This document shows, one piece after another, positions 38,907 through 47,886 of a stretch of 64,000 bases of DNA (positions within the stretch are counted from its first letter, which is position 1; the number at the start of each line of letters is the position of its first letter). A program made the position numbers and the translations under genes. The stretch spans positions 186,611 to 250,610 of the forward strand of contig CAZGWD010000001.1 of NCBI GenBank assembly GCA_964529415.1, given 5' to 3'. The notes beneath the pieces are model-generated. The model had not been told where the DNA came from, did not search any database, and saw only the letters and a list, made by a program, of their open reading frames with translations. The DNA is from an uncultured Leptospirales bacterium (GTDB taxonomy: Bacteria; Spirochaetota; UBA4802; UBA5550).

Positions 38907-39818
38907 TTATTTAGTTCCTGTAATATTTAATAAGTAACTATAAAATTCATTTTCAGAATTTATTATTCTGTTCAATACCTCAGATGGATAAACCGTTTCA
39001 ATTTTAATATCCGCAAGAGTTTTTTTTATTATTTCTGAAGCTTTGTTTTTATCAAAAGTATTGAGTAATCCCAAATCAATTATTCCCATTTCCTTTTGTA
39101 CTATTTTTGTAAGAATCCCGTGATATTCTGTTGGATTAATTGTCATTGGAACAGTTCTGCAGGCAAATCCCTCATAAATGGTCAGCCCGAAATGAGAAAC
39201 TATAATTTTCGATCTTAGAATTGCTTCTGAATATTCCAGGTTGAATTTTTTCTTTTCTCCATTTTGAAATAGGAATGATTCATTTCCTGAAAGAACAGCG
39301 TAAGTTGAATTAGCAGGGAAAAGATTTGTAATCAATGAGACATAATTCGAATCGGGTTTATAGCCTGTATAAAATGCAATATCAATATCTTTATTATAAA
39401 TGTGATTGGGCTGCAGTGATTTTATAGATTCAGAAAAGTTATAACCGAATATAAATTTATTTATATCATGAGTATTTGTTTGCGGATCCGGAAGGATGCT
39501 GATTTTAAAATCAGCATATACTGCACCTTCTCCAAGATCATCAATTACAAGAACAGGAGCTGTTTTTTTTAATTCTTCAATCTGATCCTGAGAAGAATCA
39601 CGCATATCTCTTATTAAAAATTTTGTGTCTGGATGAATATCATTTATGATGATATCATCAAATTCTCTGTAACCTTCGATGAATGTTTTCTGATTAATAA
39701 TGTATGCTTTAAAATCTTTTTTTGAATTGATTAAACTGGCGAGTGCCATCATTCTTTGAATATGCCCAGAGCCGATAGAAGCGCTCCAATGCGTGATAAT
39801 TGATATTACTTTACACAT
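38907..39818 (-). CDS. PseG/SpsG-like UDP-sugar hydrolase/glycosyltransferase (GT28 C-terminal fold)
   Basis: N-terminal SIGSGHIQRMMALASLI matches the PseG GxGHxxR motif. 303 aa. Overlaps the upstream cytidylyltransferase gene by 8 nt. Confidence 0.5.
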   Translation of the reverse strand: MCKVISIITHWSASIGSGHIQRMMALASLINSKKDFKAYIINQKTFIEGYREFDDIIINDIHPDTKFLIRDMRDSSQDQIEELKKTAPVLVIDDLGEGAVYADFKISILPDPQTNTHDINKFIFGYNFSESIKSLQPNHIYNKDIDIAFYTGYKPDSNYVSLITNLFPANSTYAVLSGNESFLFQNGEKKKFNLEYSEAILRSKIIVSHFGLTIYEGFACRTVPMTINPTEYHGILTKIVQKEMGIIDLGLLNTFDKNKASEIIKKTLADIKIETVYPSEVLNRIINSENEFYSYLLNITGTK

Positions 39819-40554
39819 ATGTTGAGTGTGTCATTCCACGTTGTTTTATTCCGGTGTTAATTTTTATAAGTTCAGGATTTTTCTCGAGGAAGCTGATAAC
39901 TGTTTCAAGGGAAAAGTTTTTGCCTTTATATAAGGCTTCATAAATTTTTGAAGCAAGGGAGTAGTCTTCTTTCGTATCAACAGTTAAGCGAAGATTTTCA
40001 AACGGATTTTCAAACGTAGCCGGGTGTCTTTCAATATTAAAAAGTTCAGGATGCTCTTTAATGTATGGAGTTACGTGTTCAAAATGGTATCCTTCGTGGC
40101 TCATGGCAAAAGCATCATCCAGAGCTGATTTTTTAATAATTTCTACTGCAGTACCTATTGGAATTTTTACTAAAGATGAAAGATCCGCACCTGATTCAAC
40201 TGCAATTTCAAGAGCCATTGATGCATATGTTGGATCTGTGAAAGGGTTGTCGCCTGTAATTCGTACAATATAATCTGACCCGTGTTTATCTGAAGCAAGT
40301 TTATATCTTTCAAGAACATTGTTTTCAGAGCCTCTGAATACAGAAATTCCGCATTCAGCAGCAATCAATTCCAGCGGATCATTTATTTTAGATTCTCCGG
40401 TTGCAAGAACTACAGCAGAAATATTTTCAATTTCCTTTGCTCTTTCAATGATATGCCATATTAAAGGTTTGCCTGCAAGAGGAAGTAAAGACTTGCCAGG
40501 AAGTCTTTCAGAGCTCATTCTTGCCTGGATTATAGCTGTTGCTTTTATTTTCAT
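39811..40554 (-). CDS. acylneuraminate cytidylyltransferase-family protein (SpsF/PseF-like, CTP_transf_3)
   Basis: AIIQARMSSERLPGKSLLPLAGKPLIWHIIERAK is the canonical SpsF/CMP-sugar synthetase N-terminus. Confidence 0.7.
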   Translation of the reverse strand: MKIKATAIIQARMSSERLPGKSLLPLAGKPLIWHIIERAKEIENISAVVLATGESKINDPLELIAAECGISVFRGSENNVLERYKLASDKHGSDYIVRITGDNPFTDPTYASMALEIAVESGADLSSLVKIPIGTAVEIIKKSALDDAFAMSHEGYHFEHVTPYIKEHPELFNIERHPATFENPFENLRLTVDTKEDYSLASKIYEALYKGKNFSLETVISFLEKNPELIKINTGIKQRGMTHSTYV

Positions 40555-40570
40555 TTTTCTTATTTAAAAA

Positions 40571-42073
40571 TCAGTAATTAAAGGTGTACCATTCATCACA
40601 AGATTTGCAATCAGGTTTTACTGAAAATTTCCCTGAATAATCGGAAATAAACGCATTTTTTCCTTTTTCCCATAAATCAGAAACAGATTCTGAATTAATA
40701 TTTCCTCTTGCTGATTTTCCGTCAACATCCTGTTTGCAGAAACAAACTGATCCGTCTGATATAATATACATGTCTCTTTGAAGATGCCAGCAGGGAACTC
40801 TATCTACAGGAGAAAGATCAGAATATCTTCTGTCATCAATTGAACCGGAATATATATTTTGTTTCTGAAGAATTATTTTTACTTTATTTTTTTCAAGCAA
40901 GTCATAATACTTATCTATAATTGGTTTAGTTTCATTGATTTTCATGATTTGAGTATATAGATTCGGGGATATTTTTTCAGAATTATTTAATTCTATAATA
41001 TTTTTAAATACTACTTCGAAAAAGTCGTTGCTGTGTATTTTTGAATAGCTGTCTTTATCAAGACCGTTGAAATTTATTATAGTAGTGATTTTTCCTGCTC
41101 CTTTTTCCTCAAGAAAAGAGAGGTAATTTGAATCAGCTTTTATTCCATTTGTCTCAACAATTATTCTTTCAACAGAAGAATTTTCCAATGCAGTTTGTGC
41201 AATTTTATAAAAATCCGGATTATATAAAGGCTCGCCTGATCCGCCAAAACAGATTGTGTATGGCAGTTTAAATTTTTCCATTTCTGAAATTATTTTTTTA
41301 AATGTTGATAAAGGCATATCAGCATGATTTTTTTCCAGTGTATTCCTGTAGCAGAAAATGCAGTCAAGATCACAGTTTCCAGTTATTTCTATTTCAAGAT
41401 ATGATGGTCCTATGTATAAAATATCTGGATGTTTTTCAATAATAGGTTTAATTTCAGAATAAGCAGGAATTGATTCTGTAAGAGAAATAATATTCTCCAT
41501 AATTTTTTTATCACGCGGATTTGAACAGCGGAATGAAATTCTTTTATCTCTTATATCCGGCTCTTTATAATAAAGTTCAACATCGAACTGGTTTATGTTT
41601 GATTTAATAATTTTTCCAAGCTGAAGTGTTTTTTCATTTGTATGAGGCAGCAGCTTGATTAAATCGGCTGAAAAAATTTCACATGCCAGACCTTCAGGAA
41701 GATTATCGGAGTAGGTGAATTCAGCAAGATATTCCAGGTGAATAGAAATCATTTCTTCAATAATTGAAATATCAAAAAAAGGAGAATCTGCATATAATTT
41801 TACAATATTTCCGGATTTGGTTTTAGAAAATATATTCTTCCAGAAATCCACTCCGTCATTACCTTCTCTGATTATAACATTTTCAAATTGAGAGAACTTC
41901 TCAGATACAGAAGGCGGAACAGAGAAAAAAATTTTATTAATCAGTTTTGAATCTTTAAGTTTATTGAAAAGCAAATCGGGAATAAAATTTTTATTAATAT
42001 ATAAATGATCAATATCTGATCCGGCTGAATGCGCATCAGCAAATATCAGAATATCTGTATTTATTTCACTCAA
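40571..42073 (-). CDS. radical SAM/SPASM-domain enzyme with about 210-aa uncharacterised N-terminal domain
   Basis: CDLDCIFC radical SAM cluster motif. C-terminal 7-Cys SPASM region (CWHLQ...CFCKQD...CKSCDEW). Confidence 0.75.
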   Translation of the reverse strand: MSEINTDILIFADAHSAGSDIDHLYINKNFIPDLLFNKLKDSKLINKIFFSVPPSVSEKFSQFENVIIREGNDGVDFWKNIFSKTKSGNIVKLYADSPFFDISIIEEMISIHLEYLAEFTYSDNLPEGLACEIFSADLIKLLPHTNEKTLQLGKIIKSNINQFDVELYYKEPDIRDKRISFRCSNPRDKKIMENIISLTESIPAYSEIKPIIEKHPDILYIGPSYLEIEITGNCDLDCIFCYRNTLEKNHADMPLSTFKKIISEMEKFKLPYTICFGGSGEPLYNPDFYKIAQTALENSSVERIIVETNGIKADSNYLSFLEEKGAGKITTIINFNGLDKDSYSKIHSNDFFEVVFKNIIELNNSEKISPNLYTQIMKINETKPIIDKYYDLLEKNKVKIILQKQNIYSGSIDDRRYSDLSPVDRVPCWHLQRDMYIISDGSVCFCKQDVDGKSARGNINSESVSDLWEKGKNAFISDYSGKFSVKPDCKSCDEWYTFNY

Positions 42074-42080
42074 TCTGAAG

Positions 42081-43154
42081 TTATCCTTTTACGTACTTCG
42101 GCATAAATATTTTAACATCGGATTCAGTTCTTCTTTTATTTACCCATTTATGAAACTGCTCAAGCATGCTTTCATTATATAATTTAAACATTATCAGCTT
42201 TTCAACTTTTTCATATGAAACAGGTTTTCTATCAACCAGTTTAATCAAATGATATCCGAAAGAAGATGATACTACATTTGAGAGTTCTCCTTTTCTATAA
42301 AGCTGATTTGCATAAGTTGCAAAATACGGATCAAGGTCCTGAAGCAGAACTGTGCCGAGGTCCCCGCCTTTCTGTGCGCTCACAGGATCCTGCGAATACT
42401 GAGAAGCGAGTTTTTCAAATGATTCACCAGCCATAATTCTTGCCCTGATATCAGCAAGTTTTTTATTTGTGCTTTTCTGTTCTGCAAGTGAGCCATCCAT
42501 TGGTCTGATAAGTATGTGCTTTAAAGTAAATTCATCTCCAAGTTTATCGCTGTTATTTATGAACCATCTTTTTGTTTCCTCTTTTGATGGAGGCGTTACT
42601 CCAATGGCAATTGACATAACCTGCTCTCTTTTCATCTGAGTGCGGATATCCTCAAAAAATTCCCCAAAACTTATTTTTTTCTGATCTTCAATAAACATGA
42701 TAAAATCTGATGTCAGCTTATCAAGTTTTTCATTTTTACTTACAGGTTCTTCATCTATCTTTTTTTCTATTCTATCGCTGATTTCACGAACTGTATTTTC
42801 AAGTTCCTTTTTATCAGTTATATTTTTGCTGTAAAAATCTTTCATGAGTCTCTGAACATAATCGAGAACTTTTTTATTTGTAACGATAATAGACTGCGTG
42901 TTTGCGACTTCCGATACAAAGGCATTTTCAATGAATTGATCAATCATTTTGCTTTTTGTTGCATCATTTATTAAGCCATTATTAAGCTTGGCATTCTGAT
43001 TCAGCTTGTTCATAATTTCACTTTCAACAATTGCTGTTTCATTAACTACAGCAATAACCATATCGTAGTGTTCCCACTTGTTATTCTGAGCTGAAGCGCA
43101 AATTGTTAATATTATGATGAATAAGGATACTTTCAGTATTTTTTTCATAATCAA
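42081..43154 (-). CDS. SurA-like periplasmic chaperone / parvulin-type peptidyl-prolyl isomerase
   Basis: Signal peptide. C-terminal PpiC/parvulin domain (FTLKHILIRP...SQDPVSAQKGGDLG...GYHLIKL). Confidence 0.65.
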   Translation of the reverse strand: MIMKKILKVSLFIIILTICASAQNNKWEHYDMVIAVVNETAIVESEIMNKLNQNAKLNNGLINDATKSKMIDQFIENAFVSEVANTQSIIVTNKKVLDYVQRLMKDFYSKNITDKKELENTVREISDRIEKKIDEEPVSKNEKLDKLTSDFIMFIEDQKKISFGEFFEDIRTQMKREQVMSIAIGVTPPSKEETKRWFINNSDKLGDEFTLKHILIRPMDGSLAEQKSTNKKLADIRARIMAGESFEKLASQYSQDPVSAQKGGDLGTVLLQDLDPYFATYANQLYRKGELSNVVSSSFGYHLIKLVDRKPVSYEKVEKLIMFKLYNESMLEQFHKWVNKRRTESDVKIFMPKYVKG

Positions 43155-43966
43155 CCGTTTATTATAAATTTATTGAAACCAAATCCATGATTTCCGAAGA
43201 AAACTTCTTTCAGTCTTTGAAGCGTTTCAGTTAAATCAGAAGCAAATAGTTCAATATTTCCTTTATGTCCTATGCCTTTAGTATTTTCAAGATTTTTTTC
43301 TTTAAGTATAGTCTGGACTTCATAGGCTATTTCTATTCCTGTGTCAACAAGTTCAATATCAGGAAAAACCTCGCATATTGATTTTTTCAGCAACGGAAAA
43401 TGAGTGCATCCCAAAATAAGTGTTCTGACTCCTGAATTATACATGTCCTGAATGTATTCCCTGGCTGTCAGCTTTGCTATTTCAGTATCTGTCAATCCTT
43501 CTTCTGTTATTGAAACGAAAAGTGTAGCCTGCTGCTGTAAGATCTTTATATCCGGCATAATTTTTTTTATTGCTCTGACATATGAACCGCTCTGAACAGT
43601 TGCTCTTGTTCCTATAACTCCGATTATATCGCCTTTCAGCTTCTGAACAGCCGCTTTTGCTCCTGCGTCAATTACTCCGATTATCGGTATATCATATGAA
43701 TTCCTCAGATGCTCAAGTGCTGCTGCTGAGGATGTATTGCACGCGATTACAATCATCTTTACGCCTCTTGAAATAAGATACTCGGCAATTTCAGTTGAGT
43801 ATTTTATGATTGTTTCGCTTGAGCGTGTTCCATACGGGAAACGCGCTGTATCTCCAAAATAAATAATGTTTTCTGATGGCAGAAGATCGTGTACTGCTTT
43901 ACAAACAGTTAATCCTCCGACACCGGAATCAAAAATTCCAATTGAACTCTCCGGATTTATTTCCAT
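43151..43966 (-). CDS. murI: glutamate racemase
   Basis: IGIFDSGVGGLTV, ACNTSS, GCTHFP motifs. Confidence 0.85.
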   Translation of the reverse strand: MEINPESSIGIFDSGVGGLTVCKAVHDLLPSENIIYFGDTARFPYGTRSSETIIKYSTEIAEYLISRGVKMIVIACNTSSAAALEHLRNSYDIPIIGVIDAGAKAAVQKLKGDIIGVIGTRATVQSGSYVRAIKKIMPDIKILQQQATLFVSITEEGLTDTEIAKLTAREYIQDMYNSGVRTLILGCTHFPLLKKSICEVFPDIELVDTGIEIAYEVQTILKEKNLENTKGIGHKGNIELFASDLTETLQRLKEVFFGNHGFGFNKFIING

Positions 43967-45537
43967 TCGGTTTTTTTCTTAAACAGCATATATTCAATAC
44001 CATCAACAAGAGCGTGCCATGAAGCTTCAATTATGTTTTTAGAAACACCGACAGTGCCCCAGTGTTTTCCATCCATTTTCTGTTCAATAAGAACTCTAAC
44101 AGAAGAACCGGTTCCTTCTTTTTCATCAAGAACACGGACTTTGTAATCAGTAAGCTGAATATTCCTGATCTCAGGGAAAAATTTTATCAGAGCTTTGCGC
44201 AATGCATTATCAAGGGCTTCCACAGGTCCTGCGCCGTCAGCAGCAGTATGTTCTTCAATTCCGGCAACTTCAACCTTGATTGTAGCTTCGCAGAACAGCT
44301 GCTTGGTTTCATCCATATCAGTAATTACTCTGAAACCTTTGAGTTTGAAAAAAGGAATATATTCCCCTGAAGCCTGCCTGAGTATAAGTTCAAAAGAGCC
44401 TTCTGCAGCTTCAAACTGAAAACCCTGGTCCTCGAGAGTCTTTATCTTATGTAAAACTTCCTTTGAAAGTGTTACTGTATTTTTTATATCTATTCCCAAT
44501 TCTCTGGCTTTAAATTCGATATTACTTTTGCCGGAAAGTTCAGATATTAATACTTTTCTTTTATTTCCAACAGATTCAGGATCTACATGCTCGTAAGTTC
44601 TTGTATCTTTTTGAAGTGCAGAAACATGAATTCCGCCTTTATGAGCGAAAGAGTTATCACCAACATAAGGAGCGTGTTCATTATGCGCCATGTTTGCTGT
44701 TTCACTAACAAATCTGCTTGTTTCAGTAAGTTTTTCAATTACCTCTGCTGAGCTGAATCTGTATCCCATTTTCAGAGCAAGGTTTGGAATAACAGCCGAA
44801 ATATCGCAATTGCCGCATCTTTCCCCAAGACCATTCATTGTTCCCTGAACGGAAACTGCACCTGCACGAACAGCTGCAAGCGAATTTGCCACTGCCACAC
44901 CTGTATCATTATGAAAATGCACGCCTATTGGTATATTTATTTCTGAAAGAATTTTTGAAGTAATTTCCTCAGATTCATGAGGAAGTGTTCCGCCGTTTGT
45001 GTCGCAAAGTACAACCATGTCAGCACCTGCATTTTTTGCTGAAACAAGAGCATGTAATGCATAATCCCTATTTGCCTTGTAACCGTCAAAAAAATGTTCT
45101 GCATCCAGAAAAACTTCGTATCCTTTATCTTTTAAATAAGCTACAGTTTCAGATATCAGCGCTAGGTTTTCATCAAGAGTTATACCCAGAGCTTTTGTAA
45201 CGTGGAAATCCCATGATTTTGCAACTATAGTAATTACATCTGCCTTGGATGAAACAAGGGCCTGGAGTAATTCATCTTCGTCAAATTTTGTTTTATGCCT
45301 TTTTGTTGATCCGAATGCTGCAATTTTTGAATGTGTAATATTTTCTTTGCGGATATCTGAAAAGAATAAATCATCTTTGGGATTTGAACCAGGCCAGCCG
45401 CCTTCGATGAAATCTATTTTAAGTTTGTCGAGAGCCGATGCGATGCGCAGTTTGTCATGCAGTGAAAAGGATATACCGACAGTTTGGGCGCCGTCTCTTA
45501 AAGTTGTATCGTAAATTGTTATTTTTTTATTATTCAT
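43957..45537 (-). CDS. 2-isopropylmalate synthase / (R)-citramalate synthase family (LeuA/CimA long form)
   Basis: ITIYDTTLRDGAQ, a HMGL-like TIM barrel, and a C-terminal LeuA-dimer regulatory domain. 526 aa. Confidence 0.8.
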   Translation of the reverse strand: MNNKKITIYDTTLRDGAQTVGISFSLHDKLRIASALDKLKIDFIEGGWPGSNPKDDLFFSDIRKENITHSKIAAFGSTKRHKTKFDEDELLQALVSSKADVITIVAKSWDFHVTKALGITLDENLALISETVAYLKDKGYEVFLDAEHFFDGYKANRDYALHALVSAKNAGADMVVLCDTNGGTLPHESEEITSKILSEINIPIGVHFHNDTGVAVANSLAAVRAGAVSVQGTMNGLGERCGNCDISAVIPNLALKMGYRFSSAEVIEKLTETSRFVSETANMAHNEHAPYVGDNSFAHKGGIHVSALQKDTRTYEHVDPESVGNKRKVLISELSGKSNIEFKARELGIDIKNTVTLSKEVLHKIKTLEDQGFQFEAAEGSFELILRQASGEYIPFFKLKGFRVITDMDETKQLFCEATIKVEVAGIEEHTAADGAGPVEALDNALRKALIKFFPEIRNIQLTDYKVRVLDEKEGTGSSVRVLIEQKMDGKHWGTVGVSKNIIEASWHALVDGIEYMLFKKKTEWK

Positions 45538-45552
45538 AGCTATAATAAACAG

Positions 45553-45574
45553 GGCGCTGAATTCACAGCGCCCA
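45553..45574 (-). terminator. rho-independent terminator hairpin after the lipoprotein gene (minus strand)
   Basis: GGGCGCTGaattcaCAGCGCCC is a perfect 8-bp GC stem. On the minus strand it is followed by a T-rich tgtttattat. Confidence 0.55.
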
Positions 45575-45622
45575 TATACGGCATAGTCTTCAAAAGACTG
45601 CTATATTTCAAGTAATTTTTAG

Positions 45623-47116
45623 TTACTTGAACTGGCTCTTCAGAACAAGAGCTTCTTCTGCTGCAGGAGTATCTCCATACTTTTCAAGAAGATAGTTTAA
45701 AGCTTCCTGAGATTTCTCTCTGTTACCCATTGCAAGCTGGGTTCTCGCAATACCGAAATATCCCTCAGCTCTTACCATTGCTTCAGGATATCTGTTTACA
45801 AGAGCAGTAAAAGTATTTAATGCGCCAGAGTAATTTTTTAACTGAACTAATTCAAGATGGCCTTTTCTGTAATAAATATTATTTACTTCTTCATTGTTCC
45901 CGTATTTTTCTATAAATTTTTCATATGCTGCAAGAGCCCCTGCCCAATTCTGGGCGCTCTCAAGATTAAATGCCTGCTTGATAAGCTCCATGCTCAATAT
46001 ATCCATTTTTATTTTATGTTTGATTATTTCCATGGGCTTTATTTCAATATCTGCCATATAGTTTTCATGTCCGCGGAGTTTGGCTGTAATTTTACGTGTG
46101 CCTTTATTCGCGGAAACGACAAGAGGAGTTTTTCCGGCATAATTATTATCAATAAAAATTTCAGCGTCTGCAGGTTCGCTTTCAATCTGAAGAGTTCCTA
46201 TTCTGTTATTTAAAGCATCCTCTATCATGTTGGCTATGCTGTTTGCAGCAGGCCTTAGTCCTCTTGGTGAAGCTATCTCTTTTATTCCCATAAAAACAAG
46301 TCTGCTGTCTGCTGTATTATATAACTTGTAGTTGATGCAGATTACATCTTTAAAAACTTTTATGCTTCCAGTGAGATTATATGATATCCCCTTAATGCTG
46401 AATTCGCTGTCGCCTTTTTCATTTTCAACAACTCCAACCATTTCGAGTGTTTTTTCATCAAGCAATGCTGAGGAATATTTTCTTTCAACAGTTGATATCA
46501 GAGTGAAAGATCCGAGAAGGCTGTTTAGGATTTCTGCAAATGCAGAACTATATCCTGCCTTTTGAGCTTCAATATTATCATTTACAAAATTTGAAACTGA
46601 AACAGTAGGCTTTTCCTCTGATGTTTTTTCTCTTTCAGATATATATTTTCTGTTAAATTTTTCGGATATAGTCCAGCTGATATCCTTCACTGCCAAGTCA
46701 ACATTTTTGGATGTGGTGCCGAAAGAATGAACTATTGTCCAGTCGTCAATTTTAACTGTGCGGGCATCCACTTCGTAAACGTCTCCGAATTTTGAAACAG
46801 TGCCTACAGTAAGATAATCTACTTTTAGTTTTTCTGAATCGCCTTTCATAGCATTTTCATCAAGCAGCCCTACCTGAGCTTTTTCCATTAAAGTAAGATA
46901 ATCTCTTATGGCGTTAGCTTCCCTTGTTTGAAATCTGTCAATTCCAAGGTATGTTGTTTCAATCAATCCTGCTGCTGTAGCACCGGCTTTTTCTGATTCA
47001 GAAAGTGCTGTAACTGAATCGTCAAATGGTGAAACAGCAATTCTGATTTTGGCATCCTGTGTATATATAACAGTTCCGGTTATAATTATGAGTAAAAGTG
47101 CATATAGTTTTTTCAT
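45623..47116 (-). CDS. lipoprotein with PEGA domain and C-terminal TPR-like repeats
   Basis: Signal peptide. PEGA-like EPADAEIFIDNNYAGKTPL. C-terminal TPR helices. Confidence 0.45.
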   Translation of the reverse strand: MKKLYALLLIIITGTVIYTQDAKIRIAVSPFDDSVTALSESEKAGATAAGLIETTYLGIDRFQTREANAIRDYLTLMEKAQVGLLDENAMKGDSEKLKVDYLTVGTVSKFGDVYEVDARTVKIDDWTIVHSFGTTSKNVDLAVKDISWTISEKFNRKYISEREKTSEEKPTVSVSNFVNDNIEAQKAGYSSAFAEILNSLLGSFTLISTVERKYSSALLDEKTLEMVGVVENEKGDSEFSIKGISYNLTGSIKVFKDVICINYKLYNTADSRLVFMGIKEIASPRGLRPAANSIANMIEDALNNRIGTLQIESEPADAEIFIDNNYAGKTPLVVSANKGTRKITAKLRGHENYMADIEIKPMEIIKHKIKMDILSMELIKQAFNLESAQNWAGALAAYEKFIEKYGNNEEVNNIYYRKGHLELVQLKNYSGALNTFTALVNRYPEAMVRAEGYFGIARTQLAMGNREKSQEALNYLLEKYGDTPAAEEALVLKSQFK

Positions 47117-47117
47117 A

Positions 47118-47858
47118 TCAACCGCCTATTACTGAAATCCAGGTTTTTACATATTTTCTATCCGGAGCATTCGGCATCATTTCGAGATATTTTTTGTAAT
47201 TTGCTGCTGCTTCCTGTTTCCTGCCAAGCTTTGTATCATAAAGAATACCGAGATTTTTATATGCAGTAGCAAAATCCGGTTTCAGGATAATTACTGTTTT
47301 TAGTTCCATTTCCGCCTCAGCTGCTCTTCCCATAAAACTATAAATAACCCCGAGATTATTATGAGCCATGAAAAGATTATTATCAAGTGAAATCGCGAGA
47401 CTGTATTCTGCTGCAGCCTGGGCATTTTGTTTCTTTTTATAATATGCGTTTCCAAGTTCGAAATGCGACTGAGCATGTTTTGCGTTTAGTTCGATCGCAG
47501 TCTGAAGTTCTGTTATGGCATCGTTTATTCTGGCGGATTCTATATAGGCTTTTCCGAGAAGATAGTGGGACATATAATCATTCGGTTTGAACTTAATAGC
47601 CTCCTGAGATGATTTAATTGATGATAAAGAATCACCTTTCTCCGATTCAATAGCAGCTATATTTGTGTGTATTTTTGCTCTTTCAGAATCGTCTTTAGCA
47701 TTTTGAAGGGATTCTTTTAAATTTTTAATTTCAGTATTAACTGCAGCGTTCTGCGCAAGCTTGAATTCTTCATTCAGAATTTCATCGTTTGTTTTCTTTT
47801 TGCAGGAAACAGATGCAGCAGCAATAATAACAAGATATAGAATCAGAAATTTTTTCAT
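47118..47858 (-). CDS. TPR-repeat lipoprotein
   Basis: Lipobox ASVSC followed by about 5 TPR units (AxxxxGxAYxxxG pattern). Confidence 0.6.
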   Translation of the reverse strand: MKKFLILYLVIIAAASVSCKKKTNDEILNEEFKLAQNAAVNTEIKNLKESLQNAKDDSERAKIHTNIAAIESEKGDSLSSIKSSQEAIKFKPNDYMSHYLLGKAYIESARINDAITELQTAIELNAKHAQSHFELGNAYYKKKQNAQAAAEYSLAISLDNNLFMAHNNLGVIYSFMGRAAEAEMELKTVIILKPDFATAYKNLGILYDTKLGRKQEAAANYKKYLEMMPNAPDRKYVKTWISVIGG

Positions 47859-47886
47859 TTTGGAATTTACCGTCCTTATAAATTTA

